Part shown: positions 1 to 8,593 of the stretch, in pieces
Position numbering within the stretch: the first letter of the stretch is position 1
How the letters are laid out: every line of letters starts with the position of its first letter
Source of the DNA: Crocinitomicaceae bacterium
GTDB taxonomy: Bacteria; Bacteroidota; Bacteroidia; Flavobacteriales_D; Crocinitomicaceae
Length of the DNA: 25,583 bases
NCBI GenBank assembly: GCA_011522905.1
Contig: WTIB01000314.1
Coordinates: 1 to 25,583 of the forward strand
Direction of reading: 5' to 3'
Notes under the pieces: generated by a model
Database searches by the model: none
The model's input: only the letters and a program-made list of their open reading frames with translations
What the model was told of the DNA's origin: nothing
Program-made: the position numbers and the translations under genes

Positions 1-1
1 A

Positions 2-1567
2 TATTTTCTTCTTTTCGTTTTGCTATCCTTCTCAACTTTTTCTCAAAAAGTTAAAGTACTCGAACATGATGTAGAAGCGGAAATTCAAGAATTAAAGTCA
101 TTAAATACAAAATTTCGGGAATGCAATTTGTCACTCATGCCCAATGGAGATGAATTGTATTTTATGTCGGATCGTTCTAGGTCAGGTAAAAATAGGGTAG
201 GAGATGGAGACATTTATCGTGTTGTTAAAACTGGAAATGATTGGGGTATTCCTGAATTTATTAATCAAATCAACACTTTTAATGGAGAAGATGAACCTTC
301 AATTTCTTACGATGGAGAAAAAATTTATTTTCAAAGCTGGAAGTCTGGATGGGAAGGAACAGGTGGCCCTTATTATGAGGCAACAATTGAAAACGGAATA
401 TTGAAGAATATTCGTGGTCTGGGTGGTGGAATTAATCAATTCTTTAGAAGAGAATATCGCATGAATTATGGATATGCAACTGATGGAATGGCCATTTCTC
501 CAGATGGTAATTTATTTATTGTAGCATGTGGAAGTGATTACAATGGCAATATGAATCTCTATTACAGCAAAAAGAAACTGGGGGTATGGAGCTTTCCGCA
601 ATTACTAATGGTAAGTACATTGGGTGATGAGCGCTCCGTATATATCGCTGCTGATAATCAAACCGTTTATTTTTCATCTGATGGTTATGATGGCTACGGG
701 GGATTGGACATATTTAAAACATCATTTGATGGTATTAAAACTGGTCCAGTAACGAATATTGGTCAACCGTTTAATAGCTCGAAGGATGATATGGGATTTG
801 TAATTTCAGGTAAGGGAGAAGCTGCTTTTTTTATTCGAGACCTCGATATATTTTATGCTGATCTCAACGAAATTAAAAATGAAATAAAACCATTATCGTC
901 TTCATTAATATTTGGCAAGGTTCTATTCAACAATATCCCCATTCAGCGAGAGATTATAGTTCAATCAAATAATGGTATCATTGCCTCAAGTAATTCTGAT
1001 GAAAATGGCAGGTATTCTATTTCTATTCCTAAGTCTTTTTCTACTGCTAAAGTTTACATTGAGGATGACACTCTAATTTTCAATAATCAAGAAATTGTTT
1101 CTGAGGGTAAAAGGTATCAGGAATTTGAGGTAGATTTTATCGCAGAAAAGAAGATTGAAAAAATTGAATTGACCTCGGATCAATTTGATGATTCTAATTC
1201 TACTTATCCAAAAGAGCTAAAAAACCAACATCTGGAAAATGAATTGGTAATCTATTTTGACTTTGATAATGCATCGATAAATGACGTTGAGTTTCACAAA
1301 CTAAAAGAGCTCCTAAATCGAAATCTAACAAGTTCAATTGTATTTATAGAAGGGCATACTGACCATATTGGCACAAATGAATATAACAATGAGTTGTCTC
1401 GTAAAAGAGCAGAGGCCGTAAAAAAGTGGTTTATGGAATATACAGGTATTAAAAACACTCAAATTGACTTGAGATTTAAAGGTGAAACCAAAACCCTAAA
1501 CGGAGGTCAAACCGATAAAGAAAGGGCCAAAAACCGACGTGTTACGATAAAAATATTGAGTATTTAA
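2..1567 (+). CDS. OmpA-family protein with PD40 (WD40-like) repeats, a carboxypeptidase-regulatory-like beta-sandwich and a C-terminal OmpA_C peptidoglycan-binding domain; 5'-truncated by the window edge
   Basis: Frame is open from base 2 (YFLLFVLLSFSTFSQ..., the hydrophobic core of a Sec signal ending in Q), so the real start lies just upstream. PD40-like repeats (EDEPSISYDGEKIYF, DGMAISPDGNLFI, DERSVYIAADNQTVYFSSD, DDMGFVISGKG). OmpA_C motifs IYFDFDNASI, IEGHTDHIGTNEYNNELSRKRAEAV, NRRV. Confidence 0.85.
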   Translation, partial: YFLLFVLLSFSTFSQKVKVLEHDVEAEIQELKSLNTKFRECNLSLMPNGDELYFMSDRSRSGKNRVGDGDIYRVVKTGNDWGIPEFINQINTFNGEDEPSISYDGEKIYFQSWKSGWEGTGGPYYEATIENGILKNIRGLGGGINQFFRREYRMNYGYATDGMAISPDGNLFIVACGSDYNGNMNLYYSKKKLGVWSFPQLLMVSTLGDERSVYIAADNQTVYFSSDGYDGYGGLDIFKTSFDGIKTGPVTNIGQPFNSSKDDMGFVISGKGEAAFFIRDLDIFYADLNEIKNEIKPLSSSLIFGKVLFNNIPIQREIIVQSNNGIIASSNSDENGRYSISIPKSFSTAKVYIEDDTLIFNNQEIVSEGKRYQEFEVDFIAEKKIEKIELTSDQFDDSNSTYPKELKNQHLENELVIYFDFDNASINDVEFHKLKELLNRNLTSSIVFIEGHTDHIGTNEYNNELSRKRAEAVKKWFMEYTGIKNTQIDLRFKGETKTLNGGQTDKERAKNRRVTIKILSI

Positions 1568-3969
1568 TTTCTTAAAATTTTACCATATTTAACGATACTC
1601 TCAATTCTTTCCAATGTCTTTCTTTCTCTACATAATTCTAGGAAAGCTTTGCGCTCAAGGTCTAATAAATATTGTTCTGAAACTACGGTGTTTTCGGATA
1701 GGTCACCCCCACATAATACAAATCCCAGTTTTTCAGCAATAATTCTATCGTGCTCTGACATATAGTTTCCTGATAGCATAGAATTTGCTCCGACATATAC
1801 GATTCCCAATCCTTCTTGTCCAACAACAGTGATGTTCTTTTCTCTCTTCGGTGGAACGTATCCTTTTTCAGCCAATTCTAAACAAGCAGCTTTAGCTCTT
1901 GTAAGATGATGTGCTCGTGATACAACAACTTCGTCAATTCCTTCTCTAAGATAACCGTAATCGAATGCTTCATATGCCGATAGAGACACTTTAGCTTGTC
2001 CGACTGTTAAGAATCGATCTCTGAGCCTATTGATTTTAATATCTCCGGAATGAAGCTCTTCAGAGAAGCGTTTAGCGAATTCTTTAGTGCCGCCTCCTCC
2101 AGGAATAAGTCCTACGCCAAACTCAACGAGACCCATGTATAATTCCGCGTGAGCAACCACCTTGTCTGCATGTAAAGATATTTCACAACCTCCTCCTAAA
2201 GCCATGTTATGAGGAGCTACAATTACTGGTATATTGGAATATCTAATTCGCATTGTTGTATCTTGAAAAGCCTTAACTGCAAAATTTAGTTCATCAAAAT
2301 CTTGATCTGCAGCCATCATAAATATCATACCCACATTTGCTCCTGCAGAGAAATTTTGTCCTGTATTTGATATGACTAGGCCTTCATACTCATTTTCCGC
2401 AATGTCAATAGCCTTGTTGATGCCTTGAAGCACACCACCGCCAATTGTATTCATTTTTGTATGGAATTCTAAATTGAGTATGCCATCACCCAAATGAACC
2501 AATGTGCAATCTGAATTCCCCCAAACCTTATTGTCATCTCTGAGTGAATTTAAATCTACAAGGTCCTCTGTCCCAGGAATGATCTTGTATGTATTTGTTG
2601 TATTGTCAAAATACATACGTTTGCCATTTTCTGTTTTGTAAAAAGAACTCATTCCATTTTTGCGCATCGTTTCAATCGCATTCCCCATCGATTTCCCTGC
2701 ATCATTTATGAACTTTACACCTTGTTCATAACCGAATAAGTCCCATGACTCGAAAGGCCCAAGTTCCCATCCAAATCCTGCTTTTAAGGCGTCATCTATT
2801 TTGTAATATTCCTCAGAAATTTCCGGAATTCGGTTTGAAACATACGCCAATAATCCACCAAATATTTTTCGGTAAAATTCACCAGCTTTATCCATTCCCA
2901 TTACTAACATTTTTGTTCGCTGCTTGAGGTCCTCAATGGGTTTGGCCATATCTAGTGTTGGGAATTTCACTTTAGGTGCGACTTCATATTCAAGCGTCTC
3001 AAGATTTAAAGCAAGAATTTTTCTTTTTCCATTTTCATCCTTTTCCTTTTTATAGAAGCCTTGTCCAGATTTAGATCCCAACCAATTATTTTCAACCATT
3101 TTAGCAATGTAATCTGGGAGCTCAAATAATTCTTTTTCTTCATCATCGGGACAATTGTCTTTTAAGCCATTAGCTACGTGCACCAAGGTATCTAATCCAA
3201 CAACATCACAGGTTCGAAATGTAGCTGATTTTGGACGACCTAATATCGGACCTGAAAGCTTATCGACTTCACTAACAGTAAAGCCCATTTCCTTTACGGC
3301 ATGGAATAAAGCCATGATGGAATACACCCCAACTCGATTGGCAATAAATGCCGGCGTATCCTTACACAGTACAGTTTTCTTACCCAATATTTTTGCCCCA
3401 TAATCCATCAAAAATTCAACGACCTGTGGATCGGTTTTTGGTGTGGGTATGATTTCTAGGAGCTGTAAATATCTTGGTGGATTGAAGAAGTGTGTTCCAC
3501 AGAAATGCTTTTGAAAATCTTCACTTCTACCATCTAACATCATGTGAATGGGAATACCCGATGTATTTGATGAAATAAGTGTACCCTCAGTTCTATATTT
3601 TTCAACCCTTTCAAATAGCTGTTGTTTGATGTCTAATCTTTCAATGATCACCTCAATCACCCAATCACAGTCTTTGATTTTGTGTAAATCATCATCAAAG
3701 TTTCCTGTTTGAATTCTTTGCGCAAATGATTTCCTGTAAATAGGAGAGGGGTTTGATTTTAAAGCAAATTGCAAGGATGAATTAACAATTCTATTCCTTA
3801 CTGCTTTATCTTCAAGACTCGCACCCTTTTTCTTCTCTGCATCATCAAGTTCTTTTGGAGGTATATCCAAAAGAATCACTTCACAACCAATATTTGCATA
3901 GTGACAAGCAATTCTTGATCCCATGACTCCTGAACCTAATACGGCAACTTTTCTGATAAATCTTTTCAT
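1564..3969 (-). CDS. fadN: 3-hydroxyacyl-CoA dehydrogenase / enoyl-CoA hydratase multifunctional protein (FadN-type, dehydrogenase-then-crotonase order)
   Basis: Rossmann VAVLGSGVMG, SNTSG, catalytic HFFNPPRY; C-terminal crotonase fold NFSAGAN, ALGGGCE, GLVEFGVGLIPGGGG; 801 aa. Confidence 0.88.
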   Translation of the reverse strand: MKRFIRKVAVLGSGVMGSRIACHYANIGCEVILLDIPPKELDDAEKKKGASLEDKAVRNRIVNSSLQFALKSNPSPIYRKSFAQRIQTGNFDDDLHKIKDCDWVIEVIIERLDIKQQLFERVEKYRTEGTLISSNTSGIPIHMMLDGRSEDFQKHFCGTHFFNPPRYLQLLEIIPTPKTDPQVVEFLMDYGAKILGKKTVLCKDTPAFIANRVGVYSIMALFHAVKEMGFTVSEVDKLSGPILGRPKSATFRTCDVVGLDTLVHVANGLKDNCPDDEEKELFELPDYIAKMVENNWLGSKSGQGFYKKEKDENGKRKILALNLETLEYEVAPKVKFPTLDMAKPIEDLKQRTKMLVMGMDKAGEFYRKIFGGLLAYVSNRIPEISEEYYKIDDALKAGFGWELGPFESWDLFGYEQGVKFINDAGKSMGNAIETMRKNGMSSFYKTENGKRMYFDNTTNTYKIIPGTEDLVDLNSLRDDNKVWGNSDCTLVHLGDGILNLEFHTKMNTIGGGVLQGINKAIDIAENEYEGLVISNTGQNFSAGANVGMIFMMAADQDFDELNFAVKAFQDTTMRIRYSNIPVIVAPHNMALGGGCEISLHADKVVAHAELYMGLVEFGVGLIPGGGGTKEFAKRFSEELHSGDIKINRLRDRFLTVGQAKVSLSAYEAFDYGYLREGIDEVVVSRAHHLTRAKAACLELAEKGYVPPKREKNITVVGQEGLGIVYVGANSMLSGNYMSEHDRIIAEKLGFVLCGGDLSENTVVSEQYLLDLERKAFLELCRERKTLERIESIVKYGKILRN

Positions 3970-3978
3970 TTCTTTTTT

Positions 3979-4431
3979 TTAAGATTCTGTATTTTTTTCT
4001 CTTTCTACTTCTTCTATAGATAGGTCAACGGCCTTCATCACATTAAAAAAGCCTTTGACATCTCGATCCTTGAGCTTTGACGAAATTTTTTCATTGAATT
4101 CAAGGAGAAAATTCTTAACCATTCTTCTGCTTTCAATCCCTTTTTGGGTCAAAAAGATATTCACTTTTCTTTTATCTCCTTTAAAGTTCTTTCGCTCAAT
4201 TAAACCACTTTTTTCCATGGCATTCAGCGTTCTTGAAAGTGATGTAGGCTCCATTCCCATTTTGGGCCCTAGCTGAGTACTCAATGTCCCTGATTTTTCT
4301 ACAATCATCAGTATAAATCCGACAGACATCGTCATGCCTTGCGTCATTGCTTTTTGATTGTACATTCGAGAGACGCGATGCCAAGCATGTCTTATTAAAA
4401 AATCCAGAAAAATGATTTTTTTTTCACTCAT
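3979..4431 (-). CDS. MarR-family transcriptional regulator
   Basis: 150 aa winged helix: MEPTSLSRTLNAMEKSGLIERK..DKRKVNIFLTQKG; 9 nt upstream of fadN. Confidence 0.9.
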   Translation of the reverse strand: MSEKKIIFLDFLIRHAWHRVSRMYNQKAMTQGMTMSVGFILMIVEKSGTLSTQLGPKMGMEPTSLSRTLNAMEKSGLIERKNFKGDKRKVNIFLTQKGIESRRMVKNFLLEFNEKISSKLKDRDVKGFFNVMKAVDLSIEEVEREKNTES

Positions 4432-4439
4432 ATGGAGTG

Positions 4440-4447
4440 TAAATTTA
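4440..4447 (-). promoter_or_regulatory. Probable -7 promoter element (TAAATTTA, variant of TAnnTTTG) for marR-fadN
   Basis: One mismatch to the Bacteroidota -7 consensus, 8 nt before the marR ATG; ATG (vs TTG) sits at the -33 position with N19 spacing (4469-4467). Confidence 0.45.
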
Positions 4448-4457
4448 GTAAAAAATA

Positions 4458-4471
4458 TTATGCACGCATAA
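4458..4471. promoter_or_regulatory. Palindromic operator candidate TTATGC-AC-GCATAA (probable MarR binding site)
   Basis: Perfect 6-bp inverted repeat with a 2-nt spacer in the 42-bp gap upstream of marR, overlapping the predicted -33 element. Confidence 0.6.
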
Positions 4472-4473
4472 AA

Positions 4474-4881
4474 TTACCAAACTATTTTCGAGATATAAAC
4501 AGTGCCTTTTAAAATAGCTACCATTTTATTTTTCTGGTTAAAAATTTCAATTTGATACAGAGCAGTTTTATTCCCTCTATGAATTTCATTGGAAATACTT
4601 TTAAGAGTATCCCCTTCATTTACCTTAACGAGATGCGATATAGAAGTTTCTATACTGAAGCTTTGAAATCCATAACTATTAGCAGCAAATGCCAGTGTTG
4701 AATCCGCTAAAGAATATGCAATTCCTCCATGTGCTATCTCAAACCCATTTAGCATTTCTTTTTTTATGACACATGATAAGGAGCAACTCCCTTTATCTAT
4801 CGTTTCAATTTTCAGATTCAACCATGAGCTGAATTGGTCCTTGCTCATCATGATATCAACAATTTCTTTTGGCGTTTTCAT
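4474..4881 (-). CDS. paaI: PaaI-family hotdog-fold acyl-CoA thioesterase
   Basis: MLNGFEIAHGGIAYSLADSTLAFAANSYG matches the PaaI signature (N-x4-HGG...LAD...A.NS). Start at 4881 (MKTPKE) preferred because it forms an ATGA overlap with the upstream stop; alternative start 4899. Confidence 0.8.
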   Translation of the reverse strand: MKTPKEIVDIMMSKDQFSSWLNLKIETIDKGSCSLSCVIKKEMLNGFEIAHGGIAYSLADSTLAFAANSYGFQSFSIETSISHLVKVNEGDTLKSISNEIHRGNKTALYQIEIFNQKNKMVAILKGTVYISKIVW

Positions 4882-5525
4882 CTCATGTATGCGATCCATG
4901 ATTTCAGGTTTAAGGTGTTTCTAATGTAATCTAATTCTATTTCAGCTTCATCGGAGTCATGATATGAATTATATGAAACTCTATGCATACCGTTGTAATT
5001 TATTATTTGTGTAGCATCTGTTTTTTGAGTCAATTCATTAATATAAGCATTTGCATAGTTTTCTCTTTCAAATGACCCTATAATGACGTGATAATACTTT
5101 TTATTTTCTGTGATGGACTCTATTTCTTTTAGCTCTATTTCTACTTCGGATTCAACGTTTTCAATAATCACAGTATCCTCAATAAATGCAGTGTCTTTTA
5201 CATCATTCTCATTTAATATATTTTCATCAATGGGGGTTGAATCGTCAATTTCTGTAGATTCTGATATTAAATTTTGTTTTGAATAGCCGTTCTCGTTATT
5301 ACAGGTATTTAATATAAATGGGCTAGAAATTGCAATTATTGAAATCACGATTAATATGGGAATCCATCTTTTTTTCTTTTTTTTGTCAAACTCAGCCTTT
5401 TCCAGAATAGGTTTCTTGGAGGGCTCTGTTTTGTGATTTATGGGTGGCAAATCAAGATCATCATTCCACTGATCTTTCTCTGAGTATTCTTCAGGACTTT
5501 TATCGTTATTACCACTATTAGCCAT
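4878..5525 (-). CDS. Bitopic membrane protein with a C-terminal SPOR domain
   Basis: Charged N-terminus, KKKKR then one TM helix (WIPILIVISIIAISSPFIL), acidic linker, SPOR-like C-terminus YHVIIGSFERENYANAYINEL...MHRVSYNSY..SWI. Start at 5525 (MANSG) overlaps the MBL stop (ATGGCTAA). Confidence 0.75.
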   Translation of the reverse strand: MANSGNNDKSPEEYSEKDQWNDDLDLPPINHKTEPSKKPILEKAEFDKKKKKRWIPILIVISIIAISSPFILNTCNNENGYSKQNLISESTEIDDSTPIDENILNENDVKDTAFIEDTVIIENVESEVEIELKEIESITENKKYYHVIIGSFERENYANAYINELTQKTDATQIINYNGMHRVSYNSYHDSDEAEIELDYIRNTLNLKSWIAYMR

Positions 5526-6381
5526 TGTGAAACAATTCGTTAAAATCAAAGGAACGATCTAAACGAACTCCTTTCTCTGTATTTTTCAAGGTACAACATT
5601 CATTAATTGAGTCGTGCTCTAAGAATAAAACATAATTTTCTTTTTCTGCAATATTTAGAAACTCGGCTTTTTCTTTTAAAGTTGTTAATGGTCTGGTATC
5701 GTATCCCATAACATAAGGAAGAGGAATGTGTCCAACACTAGGTAATAGATCGGCCATAAAAACCAATGTTTTACCTTGATATTGAATATGCGGAATCATC
5801 ATGTTCTCAGTATGACCATCAACAAATAACACATCAATATTATTGAATACATTTTTAGTCAATTCCCCCTCTTTTTGAATGAATTTTAATTGACCGCTCT
5901 CTTGTATTGGGATAATATTTTCTTTCAAGAAAGAGGCCTTCTCTCTACCATTAGGGTTTACCGCCCATTCCCAATGGTTTTCTGTACTCCAATAAATGGC
6001 GTTTTTAAAATTTGGACGGTAGCCATTTTTATCATTGTTCCAAACGATGGCTCCTCCGCAATGGTCAAAATGTAAATGTGTTAAAAAAACATCTGTAATG
6101 TCATCCTTTGAAAACCCCAATTTATTTAGGTTTTTATCCAGTGAATCCGTTCCATGAAGGTAATAATGCGAGAAAAACTTTTCGGATTGTTTGTCGCCCA
6201 TTCCAGTATCGATGAGCATTAATCGGTTTCCATCCTCTATTAATAGACTTCTTAATGCCCAAGAGCACATATTATTTGAATCCGCTGGATTCGTTCTAGA
6301 CCAAAGACTCTTTGGAACAACACCGAACATGGCTCCTCCATCTAATTTAAAATACCCAGTATTTAAAACATGTATTTTCAT
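5518..6381 (-). CDS. Metallo-beta-lactamase-fold hydrolase (YtnP-like)
   Basis: LDGGAMFGVVPK N-terminus, THLHFDHCGG (HxHxDH), DGHT, MADLL, EHD metal ligands. Confidence 0.88.
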   Translation of the reverse strand: MKIHVLNTGYFKLDGGAMFGVVPKSLWSRTNPADSNNMCSWALRSLLIEDGNRLMLIDTGMGDKQSEKFFSHYYLHGTDSLDKNLNKLGFSKDDITDVFLTHLHFDHCGGAIVWNNDKNGYRPNFKNAIYWSTENHWEWAVNPNGREKASFLKENIIPIQESGQLKFIQKEGELTKNVFNNIDVLFVDGHTENMMIPHIQYQGKTLVFMADLLPSVGHIPLPYVMGYDTRPLTTLKEKAEFLNIAEKENYVLFLEHDSINECCTLKNTEKGVRLDRSFDFNELFHNG

Positions 6382-6386
6382 GAGGT

Positions 6387-8348
6387 TTAGGTTACAGAAT
6401 AATCTTCAAAATCCTCTGTCATTTCGTGGTCAACCTTTTCAGTAACCGAAATAGGAATATAGTCTACTGAAACATTTGTTTTATCTAATCCAAAATCTTC
6501 AGCGGGTTTCAGTCCAGTGCTCTTGACAAATCTGTATGCTTTGATACAAATATTTTGAAACCAGCTTAAATCATTATCAGCAGAAACTCTTGAATTAATT
6601 ACAACAAACTTGAAGTCAACTTCATCAAAAGTTCCCCTTACAGATTCAAAAACACTCTCGCCAGTCAGCTCTTTTTTAGTAACCATCTTACGCTGAATTT
6701 TTCGCATCATATATTCGAATTGGTGCTCTTCCTTGAAACCAAGCTGCAGACTAACATAATAGCACGACTTATCTATAATCTCATTTACTGAATAATGAAC
6801 ACCCCATGGTTCGTTTTGAATGTCTAAATGAAGGAACCAAATTACATCTGCTTTTCGCGGTTTTTTCTTAAATAATGAATGAAATACAGTGGTATCAAGT
6901 TTATTGGATGAATTACTTCGGGTAGGGAATACCAAATTTGTGGCTTCATAAGGTATCTTTGGATCTTCTTTTACGGCTGTAATGAGCTTTACAACCCTTT
7001 TCATAGGAACATATTCTGTAATACTTGTCCTTAGAACTCTCGCCTTGTTATACAAGAAGAGAAGGGTGAAGAAAGTTGTGGCAAGTATAAGTGTAAACCA
7101 ACCACCTGAAACAATTTTACCCAAATTCGAAAGCAGGAATACGCCCTCAATAGTTATGAACAAAATAAATATACTCAAATAGAAAATTCTTGCTTTCGGG
7201 TATTTAACCAAAAGTAAAAAACCAAGTAAAATAGAGGTCATGACCATGTCTATGGTTATCGCAAGACCATAGGTATGCTCCATTGCACTTGACTTTCTGA
7301 AAATGAAAATAACCATAAGACATCCAAACATTAAAAACCAATTGATAAACGGGATATATATCTGGCCTTGATTGTCCGTGGGATATTTCACTTTTAGGTT
7401 TGTCCAAAGTTTAAGCTTGATGGCTTCGTTCATGAGTGTAAATACACCCGTTATTAATGCTTGTGAAGCGATAATTGTTGCTGCGGTTGCTATAATAATG
7501 GCAAATGGCATTATTCCATTCGGCACCATTGAATAAAAGACTGTCTCACTTCCTTGTAGAGCAAAGTCGGGAGAAAGACATAAAGCGGCTTGCCCCATAT
7601 AGTTCATTACTAAGAGTGTTGCTACGAAGCCCCAGCTCACACGAATGTTACCCTTACCACAATGTCCAAGGTCAGAATACAATGCTTCCGCCCCAGTTGT
7701 ACATAGGAATACAGAACCTAAAATCCAAAATCCGCCGTCGATATTGGTAATTAGATTTATGGCCCACCAAGGATTTAAGGCTCTTAAAACCGTCGGATTA
7801 TCAATAATTTGAACAGCTCCAAGATATCCAAGGAACGAAAACCATATAACCATAAAAGGACCAAAAAACTTTCCAATGGCAGCGGTACCAAATTGTTGTA
7901 CAGCAAATAAGAGTATAATGATACCAACGATTATAGGTATCACAGGCATGTCGGGATAAATGTTATTGACACCCTCAACAGCAGAAGAAATAGAGATGGC
8001 TGGAGTAATAAATCCATCAGCGATTAGCGTAGAACACCCAATCAAGGCCGGAATGATAATCCAACGATATCTTCTTTCTTTTAAAAGTGCAAACAAGGCA
8101 AAGATTCCACCTTCTCCTTTGTTATCTGCATTTAAAGCAAAGTAAATATATTTAAAAGTAGCAATGAGCAGTAAGGTCCAAATTACACAGGATAGTCCCC
8201 CTAAAATAAATGCCTCACTTATGTTTTCTCCACCACCCGTAATGGCCTGAAAAACATACAGTGGAGAAGTACCAATATCTCCAAAAACAATACCTGTACT
8301 GATTAAGATTCCAGCAAATGATATTTTACTTACGTTTGAGTCACTCAT
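6387..8348 (-). CDS. kup: KUP/HAK/KT potassium transporter
   Basis: GIVFGDIGTSPLYV, ADNKGEGGIFAL, TGAEALYSDLGH, IIASQALITG, YGLAIT; about 12 TM helices plus a cytoplasmic C-terminal domain; 653 aa. Confidence 0.93.
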   Translation of the reverse strand: MSDSNVSKISFAGILISTGIVFGDIGTSPLYVFQAITGGGENISEAFILGGLSCVIWTLLLIATFKYIYFALNADNKGEGGIFALFALLKERRYRWIIIPALIGCSTLIADGFITPAISISSAVEGVNNIYPDMPVIPIIVGIIILLFAVQQFGTAAIGKFFGPFMVIWFSFLGYLGAVQIIDNPTVLRALNPWWAINLITNIDGGFWILGSVFLCTTGAEALYSDLGHCGKGNIRVSWGFVATLLVMNYMGQAALCLSPDFALQGSETVFYSMVPNGIMPFAIIIATAATIIASQALITGVFTLMNEAIKLKLWTNLKVKYPTDNQGQIYIPFINWFLMFGCLMVIFIFRKSSAMEHTYGLAITIDMVMTSILLGFLLLVKYPKARIFYLSIFILFITIEGVFLLSNLGKIVSGGWFTLILATTFFTLLFLYNKARVLRTSITEYVPMKRVVKLITAVKEDPKIPYEATNLVFPTRSNSSNKLDTTVFHSLFKKKPRKADVIWFLHLDIQNEPWGVHYSVNEIIDKSCYYVSLQLGFKEEHQFEYMMRKIQRKMVTKKELTGESVFESVRGTFDEVDFKFVVINSRVSADNDLSWFQNICIKAYRFVKSTGLKPAEDFGLDKTNVSVDYIPISVTEKVDHEMTEDFEDYSVT

Positions 8349-8363
8349 TAAATCGTATTAAAA

Positions 8364-8371
8364 CAAAATTA
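8364..8371 (-). promoter_or_regulatory. -7 promoter element TAATTTTG for the kup operon
   Basis: Exact TAnnTTTG match, 15 nt upstream of the kup ATG. Confidence 0.6.
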
Positions 8372-8430
8372 ATTTAATTTTTTTAGAATGAATGTGATTC
8401 GATACGTGAAAAATAGAATGAAAAATAAGC

Positions 8431-8438
8431 TATATTTG
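8431..8438 (+). promoter_or_regulatory. -7 promoter element TATATTTG for tRNA-Leu
   Basis: Exact TAnnTTTG match, 10 nt upstream of the mature tRNA 5' end. Confidence 0.7.
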
Positions 8439-8448
8439 CATCCAAAAT

Positions 8449-8530
8449 GCCCATGTGGTGAAATTGGTAGACACGCCATCTTGAGGGGGTGGTGCCGTAA
8501 GGTGTGCTGGTTCGAATCCAGTCGTGGGCA
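8449..8530 (+). tRNA. tRNA-Leu(GAG), CCA not encoded
   Basis: Acceptor stem GCCCATG/CGTGGGC plus discriminator A; D-loop TGGTAGAC; anticodon stem CCATC/GGTGG with loop TT-GAG-GG; long variable arm; T-arm GCTGG-TTCGAAT-CCAGT; followed by CAA, not CCA. Confidence 0.97.
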
Positions 8531-8593
8531 CAAAAAAGTATCGTGTAATCTCAATGAATAGATTAAATTTAAAACCTAATTAAATTATTAATA

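Noticed and set aside
7200-7300. Kup motif reads AMEHTYGLAIT rather than the more usual A-A-Y-G
   Set aside because: The conserved YG and the other signature motifs are intact; without an alignment I cannot call the substitution meaningful.
8369-8554. 61-aa minus-strand ORF in the kup-FKBP gap
   Set aside because: It is the antisense reading of tRNA-Leu (CPRLDSNQH is the typical reverse complement of a T-arm).
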